Origin: an uncultured Candidatus Rokubacteria bacterium
GTDB lineage: Bacteria; Methylomirabilota; Methylomirabilia; Rokubacteriales; CSP1-6
DNA length: 64,000 nucleotides
Reading direction: 5' to 3'
Assembly: GCA_963758635.1 (NCBI GenBank)
Contig: CAVWWD010000004.1
Span: 64,001-128,000 of the forward strand
The position numbers were made by a program, and so were the translations under genes. Position 1 is the first letter of the stretch, and each line of letters begins with the position of its first letter. Below the pieces are notes generated by a model. It was not told where the DNA came from. It did no database searches and saw only the letters and a list, made by a program, of their open reading frames with translations. Positions 19,574-30,076 of this stretch are shown here, one piece after another.

Positions 19574-20601
19574 GTGCCATTCGGCGGAAATGACTGGCTG
19601 GCCCTGACGCAGGAACCGACCCTCGAGCCCGAGCTGCCGATCTGCGACCCCCACCATCACTTCTGGGATCACCGCACGGGGCGGATCCCGTACCAGCGCT
19701 ACCTGCTCCACGAGCTGGCCGGACGACATCAACAGCGGGCACAACGTGCGCTCCACGGTGTTCATCGAGGCGCGCTCGATGTACCGCGCCGACGGCCCCG
19801 CGGAGATGCGCCCCGTGGGCGAGGTCGAGTTCGTCCAGGGGCTGGCCGCGGCGAGCGCGAGCGGGCTCTACGGCCCCGGCCGGGCCGCCGCCGCCATCGT
19901 GGGCCACGCCAACCTGAACCTGGGCGCGAAGGTCGAGCCGGTGCTCGACGCGCTCCAGGCGGCGAGCCCGAACCGTTTCCGCGGCATCCGACACTCCGTC
20001 ACCTGGGACCCGCACCCGGAGGTGGAGAACACCGCCGAGCAGAAGATCGAGAAGCAGCTCGCGAGCGGCCCGTTCCGCGAGGGCGCGAAGGTGCTGGCGA
20101 AGAAGGGCATGACGCTCGAGGCGTGGATGTTCTTTCCCCAGCTCCCCGAGCTGGCCGACTTCGCCAAGGCCGTGCCGGGACTGACGATCATCCTGAACCA
20201 CATCGGCGGGCTCCTCCGCGTGGGCCCCTACGCCAACCGCGAGGACGAGGTGCTGGCCACCTGGCGGAAGGGAATCGCCGCGGTGGCCGCGTGCCCGAAC
20301 GTCGTACATGAAGCTGGGCGGCATCGGCATGCCGCGCACGGGCTTCGACTGGCACACGCGGACCACGCCCATCGGGTCGGAGGAGCTGGCCGCGTCCATG
20401 ACGCCGTGGATCGCGTACTGCATCGAGCAGTTCGGGCCCGGCCGCTGCATGTTCGAGTCGAACTTCCCGGTGGACAAGGTCTCGTTCTCCTACAACGTCA
20501 TGTACAACGCGTTCAAGCGTCTGTCGCGCGGCTACTCCGCGGCCGAGCGCGCGGCGATGTTCCACGACACCGCGGCGCGCGTGTACCGCGTGGGCGTCTG
20601 A
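19574..20601 (+). CDS. Amidohydrolase_2 family protein, frameshifts near 19720 and 20305
   Basis: ICDPHHHFWD, ILNHIGG, FGPGRCMFESNFPVD. Confidence 0.88.
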
Positions 20602-20605
20602 GCCC

Positions 20606-21373
20606 ATGCGCGCGAACACGACGAAGGCGAAGCTGGCCGAGGGCAAGGTGGTCTTCGGCGCCATCATCAGCCGGCACGCGCCGGACATGGTGGAGCTGCT
20701 CGGCGCCATCGGCTACGACTTCGTCATGATCGACTGCGAGCACGGCCCGATGAGCCTGGACGAGGTCGAGCACATGGTGCGGGCCGCCGAGTCCTTCGGC
20801 ATCACCCCGATCACGCGGATCCCGAACCACGAGGACTCGACGATCCTCCGCTACGTCGACCGGGGCGTGCAGGGGATCATCGTGCCGCACGTCAACACCC
20901 GCGAGGCGGCGGTGTCGGTGGCGAAGGCGGCGCGCTACCACCCCGAGGGCCACCGGGGCATGGCGGGCGGGCGTCCCCACGACTACGGCGTGGGCGTGAC
21001 GCGCGACGAGTCCACCCGCTGGCTCAACTCGCAGCTCCTGGTGATTCCCATGATCGAGGAGACCGAGGCGGTGGCGAACCTGGACGCGATCCTCACCGTG
21101 CCCGGCGTGGACGTGCTCCACGTGGCCTCCGGCGACCTCGGGCAGAGCATGGGCAACCCGGGCCCGGCCGCGGTCCGCCAGCTCATGCGCCAGGTGATTC
21201 CTCGCATCCGGGCGGGGGGCAAGCTGGTGGGTGTGGGCGGCAACGCCCCGTCCGACGCGGCCGGCGTCGCCGAGTTCATCAAGCTCGGCGCCAACCTCGT
21301 CACGATCTCGGCGCTGGGCCTGCTGCGCCTCGGCGCGGAGGACTTCCGCCAGCGGGTCCAGGCGGCCCTCTGA
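20606..21373 (+). CDS. HpcH/HpaI aldolase family protein
   Basis: GYDFVMIDCEHG, VPHVNT, MIEETEAV.NLDAIL..PGVD. Confidence 0.9.
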   Translation: MRANTTKAKLAEGKVVFGAIISRHAPDMVELLGAIGYDFVMIDCEHGPMSLDEVEHMVRAAESFGITPITRIPNHEDSTILRYVDRGVQGIIVPHVNTREAAVSVAKAARYHPEGHRGMAGGRPHDYGVGVTRDESTRWLNSQLLVIPMIEETEAVANLDAILTVPGVDVLHVASGDLGQSMGNPGPAAVRQLMRQVIPRIRAGGKLVGVGGNAPSDAAGVAEFIKLGANLVTISALGLLRLGAEDFRQRVQAAL

Positions 21374-21396
21374 ACAGCGCGCGTCGCCCCCAGTGC

Positions 21397-21969
21397 GTGG
21401 TGATTGCCGGGCCCAACGGATCGGGCAAGACCTCGGCGGCCCCGGGGCTTCTGCGTGATACCGTCGGCATCGAGGTATTTGTGAACGCGGACGTCATCGC
21501 CCAGGGGCTGGCGGGCTTTCACCCGCAATCGGTAGCCTTCGAGGCGGGCCGCATCATGCTGCGGCGCATCGCGGACCTCGTTCGCGCTCGAGCCGACCTT
21601 GCCTTTGAGAGCACGCTCGCGGGGCGCTCGGTGGCCGGGCTTCTGAGGCGCGTCATCCGAGATGGCTATGATGTCCACATCTTCTATCTGTGGCTTCCGT
21701 CGGCTGACCTCGCGCTGGCGAGGGTTCGCCGCAGGGTCGAGGAAGGCGGACATGACGTGGCAGAGGCTATCGTGCGACGTCGGTTCAAGAAAAGTCTCGT
21801 CAACTTCGATCGGCTGTACCGTCCGATTGCGACGACATGGCGCTTGTACGACGGCAGCGCGCCAGGAGGGCAGGCCATAGTCGCCCACGGCGCCGGGACG
21901 AGAGGGCCGACCATCGTCGAGGCGACGGCGTGGCGGGAGGTCGAGCAGCAGATGCGGGAGGCCGGATGA
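21397..21969 (+). CDS. Zeta-toxin-like P-loop protein (COG4185-like)
   Basis: IAGPNGSGKT, VNADVIA, FESTL, RVRRRVEEGGH; lower GC than flanks. Confidence 0.85.
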   Translation: MVIAGPNGSGKTSAAPGLLRDTVGIEVFVNADVIAQGLAGFHPQSVAFEAGRIMLRRIADLVRARADLAFESTLAGRSVAGLLRRVIRDGYDVHIFYLWLPSADLALARVRRRVEEGGHDVAEAIVRRRFKKSLVNFDRLYRPIATTWRLYDGSAPGGQAIVAHGAGTRGPTIVEATAWREVEQQMREAG

Positions 21970-22178
21970 ACCGGGGATCAAGACGCGATCCGGCGGAGGT
22001 GCTTCGCGACGGCGAGGCGATCGATCGAGCGATCGTCCGCGCCCACCGGGACGTGGTGCTGCGGCACCGGAAGCTCGGGCTGCCGCTGGTGATCTGGCGC
22101 GACGGGAAAGTCGTCGAGGTGTCGGCCGATAGCATCGACCTGCCTTCGGACGACGCACCGGAGACACGCGAGCCTTGA
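21966..22178 (+). CDS. Small partner protein (70 aa) of the zeta-like gene, putative antitoxin
   Basis: ATGA coupling; HRKLGLPLVIWRDGKVV motif typical of genes next to this ATPase family. Confidence 0.7.
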   Translation: MNRGSRRDPAEVLRDGEAIDRAIVRAHRDVVLRHRKLGLPLVIWRDGKVVEVSADSIDLPSDDAPETREP

Positions 22179-22258
22179 CGAGGCGCGCCGGCGGAGCCTA
22201 GCCTTGCGGAAACGATGCGCGCGGCGAGGCCGGGTGGTGGCTCGCCGGGGAGGACGAC

Positions 22259-23570
22259 ATGGCTGACACGTTCGGTGGGGGCGCCACGCACGCGACGCGG
22301 CACGTCAACGGGAGCGCCCAGGCCGCCAGCGGCGCCATCCCGAAGCTCAGCGGCGACATCCGGCCCCTCATCCCGAAGCTCGGCCTGCGCGAGTACTGGT
22401 ATCCCGCGCTGCCCGACCGCGAGGTCGGCGCGCGCAAGCCCGCGAAGGTCAGCCTGCTCGGCGACGACGTTCTGCCTGTTCCGCGGCGCCACCGGCAGCG
22501 TGGCGGCCATCCAGGACGTCTGTCCGCATCGCGGCGCGCGGCTCAGCGAGGGTGACTGCCACTACCGCGGCACCGTAGCGTGCCCGTACCACGGCTGGGT
22601 CTACGACGAGTCGGGCAAGAACGTGGCCGTGCTGTCGGAGGGCCCCGACTCCGGTGTCTGCGGGAAGCCCGGCACGGAGGCCCGCGTCTACCCGACCCGC
22701 ACGCTGAAGGGCATGGTCTTCGTGTGGATGGGGGAAGGCGAGCCCGCGCCCATCGAGGAGGACGTGCCCGAGGAGTTCTTCGACGACGAGGCCCTCGTGC
22801 TGCTCGGCAAGGTCTACTGGAAGTGCAACTGGGAAGTGGCCCTCGAGAACTCGATGGATTCCCACGTGAACTACGTGCACCGGAACGCGTTCGTCGTGGC
22901 GCGCGGCGGGTTCATCTCGCGCGGCGCGCAGGGCGAGCACCCGATCTTCGTCGGCAACGGCTTCGGCGGCGACGTGGCCGAGAGCAACTACATGCGCAAG
23001 AACCCGCGCTTCGACGTGTACCCGAACGGCTGGCGCTGGCCCAAGACCGAGTACCGGCGCTACTGGACGTGGCTGTTCCGGCCGTTCGTCGAGCGCGCGC
23101 GCCGGCAGATCCCGCCGCCGCGCACGGCGCGCTGGTGCGGGGGACACCACCTGCCAGGCATGTTCCGGGCCGAGTTCGCCTACGACCTCTACACGCGCAT
23201 GTGCGTGCCGGTGGAGGAGCACCTGACGCGCGTCTGGTACTACCACACGCTGCGGCCGACGGGGCCGATCCAGCGAGCGTGGCGGCGCTTCCTCTACGCC
23301 GCGCTGCATCGCTGGATCATCGAGTACAACTTCTCGCGCCAGGACGAGCGCGTGATGCTGAACCAGCGCTACGACACGCCGGAGAAGCTCTCGGGCACCG
23401 ACGCCGAGGTGATCCAGTGGCGGCGGCTGGTGGTCACCAAGCACTTCGGCGGCCGCGACGCGCCCTTCGAGTACCGGAACCCCGATGGGTTCGAGCCCGA
23501 CCAGGTGCCGCTCGAGCGCGTGTCGGTGCGCTACCTCCAGGAGCAGCAGCGCGCGAAGTCGAGGGCCTGA
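22259..23570 (+). CDS. Rieske non-heme iron oxygenase alpha subunit, frameshift near 22470
   Basis: CPHRG..CPYHGW Rieske motif; ENSMDSHVNYVH iron site; LREYWYP N-terminal segment. Confidence 0.9.
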
Positions 23571-23571
23571 G

Positions 23572-24711
23572 GTGGCGAGCCTGAGGGGGCACGGGCAGGC
23601 TCGGCCGGGGTACCCGCGGCCGATCACCCGGCGCGCGCTGCTCGGGACGGCGGTCCTCGCCGGCGCGGCGGCCGTCGCCCGCCCGGCGCGCGCGGCCGCG
23701 CCCTCGCCCGCGTGGAAGGACCTCGTTCCCGCGGCCAAGCGCGAGGGGAAGATCGTGGTCAATACCTTCCCGGGCGATGGGTACGGCCGCGCCCTGAAGG
23801 CGTTCACCCAGGCCTACCCCGAGATCAAGCTCGAGCACACCAGCATGCACTCCCAGGACTTCGCCCCGCGCATCCTCCAGGAGCGCAAGGCGAACCTCTT
23901 CACCTGGGACGTGGTGATGATTCCCACGAGCACGGCGCTCCAGGTGCTGCGGCCGGCGGGGGTCTGGGACCCGGTGCGTCCGGTCATCGTGCTGCCCGAG
24001 GCCAAGGACGACGCGGGATGGGACGGCGGCTTCGAGCGCGGCTTCTCGGTCGTCAAGGACCGCGAGCTCTCGTACGGGTTCATCGCCAACCGCGGGGGCG
24101 GCGTCACCATCAACACCGACCTCGTCAAGGAGGACCAGCTCCGGAGCTTCAAGGACCTCCTGGACCCGCGGTGGAAGGGCAAGGTCCTGCTGCCCGACGT
24201 GCGCGTGATGGGCGACACGTTCTGGCCCATGACCGCCGCGCGCCTCAGCATGGGCGACGACATCATCAAGCGTCTCTTCGTCGACCAGGAGCCGGTGCTG
24301 AGCCGGGACACGCGCCAGGTGGCCGACTTCATGGTGCGCGGCCGCTTCCCGATCGCGATGGGCGTCAACCCGGTGCTGCTCAGCCAGTTCCGGCGTCAAG
24401 GACTGGGCGGCAACCTCAAGCTCCTCCGTTACCCCGAGATCGACACCGTGAACTACAGCACGACGATCTGGCTGGTGAACAAGGCCCCGCACCCCGCGGC
24501 GGCCGCCGTGTTCATCAACTGGCTGCTCACGCGCGAGGCGCAGGTCCACTGGGCGCGCGAGGTGGAGACGAACAGCCGGCGCGCCGGCGTCGAGCCGGGC
24601 AACCCGGAGTTCGTGGTGCCGAAGGGCGCGCGCTTCTATCAGGTGGATGCCGAGGAGAACCTGCCCGAGGTGATCAAGACGCAGGACATCGCGAAGACGG
24701 TGATCAAGTAG
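23572..24711 (+). CDS. Extracellular solute-binding protein (Fe3+/AfuA-like), Tat-type signal
   Basis: ITRRALL, AAKREGK, DLLDPRWKGK, APHPAAA..FINWLL. Confidence 0.88.
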   Translation: MASLRGHGQARPGYPRPITRRALLGTAVLAGAAAVARPARAAAPSPAWKDLVPAAKREGKIVVNTFPGDGYGRALKAFTQAYPEIKLEHTSMHSQDFAPRILQERKANLFTWDVVMIPTSTALQVLRPAGVWDPVRPVIVLPEAKDDAGWDGGFERGFSVVKDRELSYGFIANRGGGVTINTDLVKEDQLRSFKDLLDPRWKGKVLLPDVRVMGDTFWPMTAARLSMGDDIIKRLFVDQEPVLSRDTRQVADFMVRGRFPIAMGVNPVLLSQFRRQGLGGNLKLLRYPEIDTVNYSTTIWLVNKAPHPAAAAVFINWLLTREAQVHWAREVETNSRRAGVEPGNPEFVVPKGARFYQVDAEENLPEVIKTQDIAKTVIK

Positions 24712-24719
24712 GGAGACCA

Positions 24720-25113
24720 ATGTCCGGAACGCTCATCGAGTACGCCGACGCGAGCCCGGAGGTCCGGGCCGTCTACGACGACATCATGAAGACCCGCGGC
24801 ACCGACTGGATCAACAACTTCTGGAAGGCGCTCGCCCACCACCCGCCGACGCTCGAGCGGACCTGGGAGTCGATCAAGGCCGTGATGGCCCCCGGCGCCC
24901 TCGACGCGCGGACGAAGGAGATGGTCTACCTCGCGGTGAGCGCGGCCAACGGCTGCGAGTACTGCATCGCCTCCCACACCGCGGGCGCGCGCAAGGCCGG
25001 CATGACCGAGGCCATGCGCGGCGAGCTGCTCGCGGTGGTCGGCATGGCCTGCGAGACCAATTCGCCTCGCCAACGCCTACCGCGTGCCGGTCGACGAGCG
25101 GTTCCGGTCCTGA
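24720..25113 (+). CDS. AhpD/carboxymuconolactone decarboxylase family protein (CxxC), frameshift near 25060
   Basis: KEMVYLAVSAANGCEYCIASH; RBS GGGAG. Confidence 0.85.
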
Positions 25114-25140
25114 AGCGCCTCGCTCACCGAGCGAGGTCGG

Positions 25141-25695
25141 TCACGGCTTCCAGAAGCCCTGCGACGGGATCCGGAACGCCCGATTGAAGCGCGACGAGGC
25201 GTTCTCCCACGCGATGATCATCGTCAGCTCCGCGATGGTGTCGTCGTCGAAGTGCCGCTGCAGGCGCGCGAACAGCTCGTCGTCAACGTCGCGGCGCGTG
25301 TCGGTCATCGCGTCGGCGTATTCGAGCGCCATCTTCTCCGCATCGGTGAAGAGCGAGCTTCTGGCGTAGTCGGCGAGCGCCTCGATCTTCTCGGTCGAGA
25401 CACCGTTTCGGCTGCCCACGGCAGCGTTGACGTCCTGTCAGAACTCGCAGCCGTTCCACGAGGCCACGCGCCGATTGACGAGCGCCCGGAGGGTCACGGG
25501 CACCCGCAGGGCCTCGTGCGAGAGGGCGGCCCACATCGCCTTCGCCGCGCGGAAGTACGCCGGGTGGCGCGCGTAGAACAGGTACGGATAGAGCGGCTCA
25601 CCGCGGAGCTTCGTCTGTTCCTCGAGCGTTTCGCGCAGGTCGTCCGGGAGCGTTTCGGGGTCGACCGGCGGGATGCGCGTCTTCCCTTCCAGCAT
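25141..25695 (-). CDS. AhpD/CMD-family selenoprotein, CxxU (in-frame UGA at 25438-25440)
   Basis: ORFs 25438..25764 and 25141..25419 are in the same frame, separated only by TGA in NGCEF-U-QDVN; RBS GGAGGAG; SECIS-like hairpin follows. Confidence 0.85.
25411..25425 (-). promoter_or_regulatory. Bacterial SECIS-like hairpin
   Basis: GCUGCC-GUG-GGCAGC starting 12 nt 3' of the UGA; apical loop begins with GU. Confidence 0.7.
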
Positions 25696-25824
25696 GGTCA
25701 TCTCCTCCACGTCGGCTCGGCGGCGTCCCCCGCGCGGCCACGAGGCCTCTCCGACGCGCGGCACGCCGCCAGGTTGATCATGCCGTGATTCTACATTCGC
25801 AAGGATGGGACGGGCCGGCGCGCA

Positions 25825-25842
25825 CTTCGACGGTGATCGAAG
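25825..25842. promoter_or_regulatory. Palindromic operator candidate CTTCGA-N6-TCGAAG
   Basis: Perfect 6-bp inverted repeat between the ArsR gene and the selenoprotein gene; TAGAAT -10-like box at 25788-25793 (minus). Confidence 0.55.
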
Positions 25843-25869
25843 CGTCCGGCGACGCCCTCGGCGACGCGA

Positions 25870-26586
25870 CTACCGTGTCCGGCGGCGGCCTGGCTCGGAC
25901 GTGTCGATACCGAAGGTGTCCCGGAAGCCCCGGCGGCCCAGCGGGGTGACGACGACGGCGTGGCTGCCGGTCACCCGCTCCATCCAGCCGAGGTCGAAGC
26001 AGCGCCGGGTGATCGCGGCCCCGACGGTCCCCGCGATGTGGGGGCGTCGCTCCGTCCAGTCGAGGCAGAGGCGGCACGAGCGCCGTCGGGTCGAGCGCGC
26101 CGTGGGCAGCGGGATCCCGAATGCGGTGAGAAAGCGCGTGCCGGCTCTCGTGATGTCGGCGGCTTCGTCGCCGTCGAGCACGACGTACTCGCGGGCGACC
26201 AGGGCGTCGGTGAGGTCGACGCTGAGGCGGCCCGCCAGGTGGTCATAGCAGATCCGGGCCGCGCTGAGCGCGCGCGCCTGACGGGACAGCGGCGGGTACC
26301 GAGGTCGCCTCGCGAGCGCGACGGCGACGATCCCGTCGATCATGTTCGCCACTGCCGGCGAGGCGAGCCGGAAGTGGCGATGCCGGCCCGTCCGGAGGGC
26401 CGAGAGCAGGCCGGCCTCGGTCAGCTTCGCCAGATGGGCGCTGGCGGTCTGAGGCGTGATACGCGCGACACGGGCGAGCTCGCTCGCGCTCATGTCGCGG
26501 CCGTCGAGGAGCGCCGATACGATCGTGGCCCGCGCGGGGTCTCCGACGAGAGCGGCGATCTCGGCGATGATGGGGCCGGTGATCAT
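25870..26586 (-). CDS. ArsR-family winged-helix transcriptional regulator
   Basis: AALVGDPARATIV..L, TASAHLAKL, ARICYDHLAG, CRLCLDWTERRPH. Confidence 0.9.
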   Translation of the reverse strand: MITGPIIAEIAALVGDPARATIVSALLDGRDMSASELARVARITPQTASAHLAKLTEAGLLSALRTGRHRHFRLASPAVANMIDGIVAVALARRPRYPPLSRQARALSAARICYDHLAGRLSVDLTDALVAREYVVLDGDEAADITRAGTRFLTAFGIPLPTARSTRRRSCRLCLDWTERRPHIAGTVGAAITRRCFDLGWMERVTGSHAVVVTPLGRRGFRDTFGIDTSEPGRRRTR

Positions 26587-27363
26587 CGGTGACAACGTCC
26601 GCCGGGCTGAGCCATTGGATGCAGCACGTCGAGCGCGTAGCCCAGGTCGAGCCGCTCCCCGTCCCATTCGGGGCACGTCGTCCGCGCGTCGAGTCGCAGG
26701 CCGTCCGCCTCGCTCCGCTCGCGTAGCGCGCCCACCGGATCCGTCGGCACCGGCGGGGGCGGTGGCAGGTCCGGGATGACGTGGCCGTCCGGGCGCCTGA
26801 ACCGAAGTGTCCCGTCCTGGCCGCGCTCGACCTGAAAGCCCTCTTCATGGACCGCGCGGTGGTGGCGCCGGCACAAGAGCGCGAGGTTCGACAGCGTGGT
26901 GGGTCCGCCCTGCGCCCAGTGCCGGATGTGATGGCCCTGCGTGTGGCGCCCGCGGCAGCCCGGGAAGCGGCAGCCATGGTCCCGTTGCTGAAGGGCACGC
27001 CGGAGGGCCGGCGGGATGGTCCGCGTCCGGGCCCCGACCTCGGTGACGCGCCCGTCGGCGTCGTGCCGCATGACCACGCGGGTGGCGTCGCAGGCGAGGC
27101 GCTGCGACGTTCCCGCGGGAACGTGCTGGCCGCCTTCCTCGAGGACGGACTGCCCGGGCTGGGAGGCATCGGCCAGCACCGGCGCATCGACGTGAACGAC
27201 GACCTGGTAGCGCTCCGCCGGCGCGCCGGGATCGAGGCCGTGGTGAAGGGCGACCTCGGCGAGGAGACCGAGCGCATCGGCCTGCTGCTGCTCCATGGAC
27301 GGGGCCTCCACGGTCTCGTTCATGAACCCCACGGCGGGTGTCGCAGCCCGCCGCCGCTGGTAG
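26583..27363 (-). pseudogene. 5'-truncated DUF222/HNH endonuclease
   Basis: QRLACDA, RTIPPALRRAL..RDHGCRFPGC, HHIRHW..GG.T.LSNL.LLCRRHHR.VHE; similarity is lost upstream of ~27365. Confidence 0.8.
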
Positions 27364-27662
27364 CTACACCCCGAATATCGAGCCACCTGCACGCCTCGCC
27401 GACGCGTCGCAACGGGCCGGGAATGATTTTCGCCGGCACTCACCTCTGCGGCGTCGCGGTGCTCCGACGCTGCCCGCTCGGCGGCTATTTGGGAGCCTCC
27501 GGCCGCCTCTAGGGACGGCCTGTTCAAAGACCCGTCAAGTGAGAAGTTGAGGCGATCCAGGCGGCCGGATTGCTAACTTCCGAATGGAGCTGACCGCGGC
27601 TCGCTGCGCTCGCCTCGGCACCGGATCCGTGCATTCCGGTGGAGCGGTCGCACTCGTCGGTA

Positions 27663-28770
27663 CTACCGGATGAGCTGCTTGGCGATGTCCTGGGTCTTCA
27701 CCAGCTCCGGCAGCATCTCCTCCGAGTCGATCTGCGTGAGGCTCACGCCCGCCGGGACCACGGTGTGCGGATCGCCGGGCTCGACGCCCGTGAAGCGGCT
27801 GTTGGTCTGGAGCTCCTTGGCCCACGCGGCCTGGGCCTCGCGCGTGAGCAGCCAGTTGATGAAGACGCGCGCGGCGTTGGGATGCGGCGCCCGGTTCATC
27901 AGCCACACGAGGCTGCCGGACGCCTGGTAGTCCATCTCGGGCAGGAGCTGGGTCTTCACGTCCTTGCCCACGCCGTGGCCCTGGAAGTCCTGGAGGGCCA
28001 GGACGTTGAGGCCGATGGCGATCGGGTACCGCCCGCGCACCATGAACTCGGTGAGCTGGTTGCGATCGCGGCTCAGCACCGGCTCCTGGTCCACGAGGAG
28101 CTGCTTCATGACCCCGTCGCCCAGCTTCAGGCGGGCCGGGGTGAGCGGCCAGAACGTCGAGCCGATCACGCGGGGATCGGAGATCGCGATCTTGCCCTTC
28201 CACTTCGGGGCGAGCAGGTCCCGGAAGCTCTTGAGCTCGCCGTCCTTCACCTGCTCGGTGTTCACGAACACGCCGACCGCGCGCACCAGGGTGAACGCGT
28301 AGGCGAGGCGCCGCTCCTTGTCGAGGAAGCCCGCCTCGAAGCCGCCGCGCCAGCTCGCGTCCTTCCGCGCCTCGGGCGCGATGATGGCCGGCCGCACCGG
28401 GTCGAACACGCCGGCTGGCTTCATCACCTGGAGCGCGGTGCTGGTCGGGATCGTGGTCACGTCCCACGTGTAGACGCCGGCCTTTCGCTCCTGGATGACG
28501 CGGGGGGCGAAGTCCGCGGACTCGAGGTTGGTGTGGTCGAGCTTGATCTCCGGATACGCCTGGCTGAAGAGCTTGAACACGCGCGCCGTAGCCCTGGCCG
28601 GTGAACGTGTTGACCGCGACCTTGCCCTCCTTCTTGGCCGCGGCCACCGTCTGCTCCCACTCCGCGGTCGCGCCCTGCGCCCGCGCGCGCCCGGCCGCCA
28701 TGGCGATCGCGGCGCCGGCGCCGAGGCTCCGGAGCGCCGCGCGCCGCGACATCGATTCTCGCTCGCCCAT
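27663..28770 (-). CDS. Extracellular solute-binding protein (paralogue of 23572-24711), frameshift near 28585
   Basis: SRRAAL Tat-like signal, AAKKEGKV.VNTF, IPTSTALQV, APHPNAA. Confidence 0.88.
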
Positions 28771-28828
28771 CCCGTGTCCTCCCATCTCGTTCGCGTCGTT
28801 CGTGCCGCGTCTCGGGGAGCCTATCAGA

Positions 28829-28857
28829 TTGACCCCCAGGGGGACGCCGAGTACTTT
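28829..28857 (+). promoter_or_regulatory. Sigma70-type promoter for the ABC ATPase gene
   Basis: TTGACC-N17-TACTTT, 8 nt before the ATG at 28866. Confidence 0.55.
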
Positions 28858-28865
28858 ACGCCCCG

Positions 28866-30033
28866 ATGAGTCGTGGGGAGTCGGCAGCGCCGGGCGTCGC
28901 GGACCGCGAGACGGTCCTCCGTCTCGCCGGGGTCAGCAAGCTCTACGGCGGCGTCCGGGCCGTGGACGGCGCGTCGCTCGAGGTGCGCCGCGGTGAGGTG
29001 TTCACCCTGCTCGGCCCGTGGGGCTGCGGCAAGACCACCACGCTGCGCCTCGTGGCCGGCCTCGAGCATCCCGACGGCGGCGAGATCACGCTGCGCGGCC
29101 GCGTGGTGGCGGCGGCGGCGCCGCGGCGGTTCGTGCCGCCCCACAAGCGCAACCTCGGCATGGTCTTCCAGTCCTACGCGATCTGGCCGCACATGACCGT
29201 GTTCGACAACGTGGCGTACCCGCTGCGTCTCCGGGGCGAGAAGGCCGCGGTGATCCGCGACCGGGTGGAGCGCGTGCTCGAGCTGGTCGGCCTCGCGGGG
29301 CTCGAGACGCGTTCCGCCACGCTGCTCAGCGGGGGGCAGATGCAGCGCCTGGCCCTCTGCCGCGCGCTCGTCTACGAGCCCGACCTGCTCCTGCTCGACG
29401 AGCCGTTCAGCAACCTCGACGCCAAGCTCCGCGAGCAGATGCGCGTGGAGCTCCGGCTCCTGCAGCGGCGGCTGGGCGTCACCGTGCTCTTCGTGACCCA
29501 CGACCAGATCGAGGCGCTGAGCCTCTCCGACCAGATCGCGGTGATGCGGGGCGGCCGCGTGGAGGAGGTGGGCTCCCCGCGGAGCCTCTACGAGCAGCCG
29601 GTGTCGGCGTTCGTGCGCGATTTCCTGGGGCAGACCGTGGTCCTCCGCGGCCGCGTGGCGGCGCGGCGCGCGAGGCGGCGCGGCGCGCGATGCCGGCGCC
29701 GTCACCGTGGCGATGGAGGGCGCGCTGGCCGGCCGCGCGCTGACCGGCCGCGCCGCCGCGGACGCGCGCCTGGCGCCCGGCGCGGCCGCCCACGTGGCGA
29801 TCCGGCCGGAGGACATCGTGGTGAGCCCGGAGGACCGCGCCGCAGCCGACGGCAACGCGCTCGACGGCACGATCGAGGCCCTGCTCTTCGTCGGCGATCG
29901 CTACGAGGCGCGCGTGACCCTCGGCGGCGACCAGCGCATCCTGTTGCTCCTGCCGCGCGCGGCCGACTGGCGGGAAGGCCAGCGGCTCCGGCTCGGCTTT
30001 CCGCCGGACGCGGTCAGCGTGTGGCCGTCGTGA
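28866..30033 (+). CDS. Fe3+/polyamine-type ABC ATP-binding protein, frameshift near 29670
   Basis: GPWGCGKTT, VFQSYAIWPHM, LSGGQMQR, LLLDEPFSNLD, C-terminal TOBE domain. Confidence 0.88.
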
Positions 30034-30076
30034 CGGCGCGGCACGGCGGGTGCCGCGTCGGGGTGGGGGAGGCCCG

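Noticed and set aside
29012..29038. Walker A variant GPWGCGKT
   Set aside because: A single TCG-to-TGG change; probably a sequencing error.
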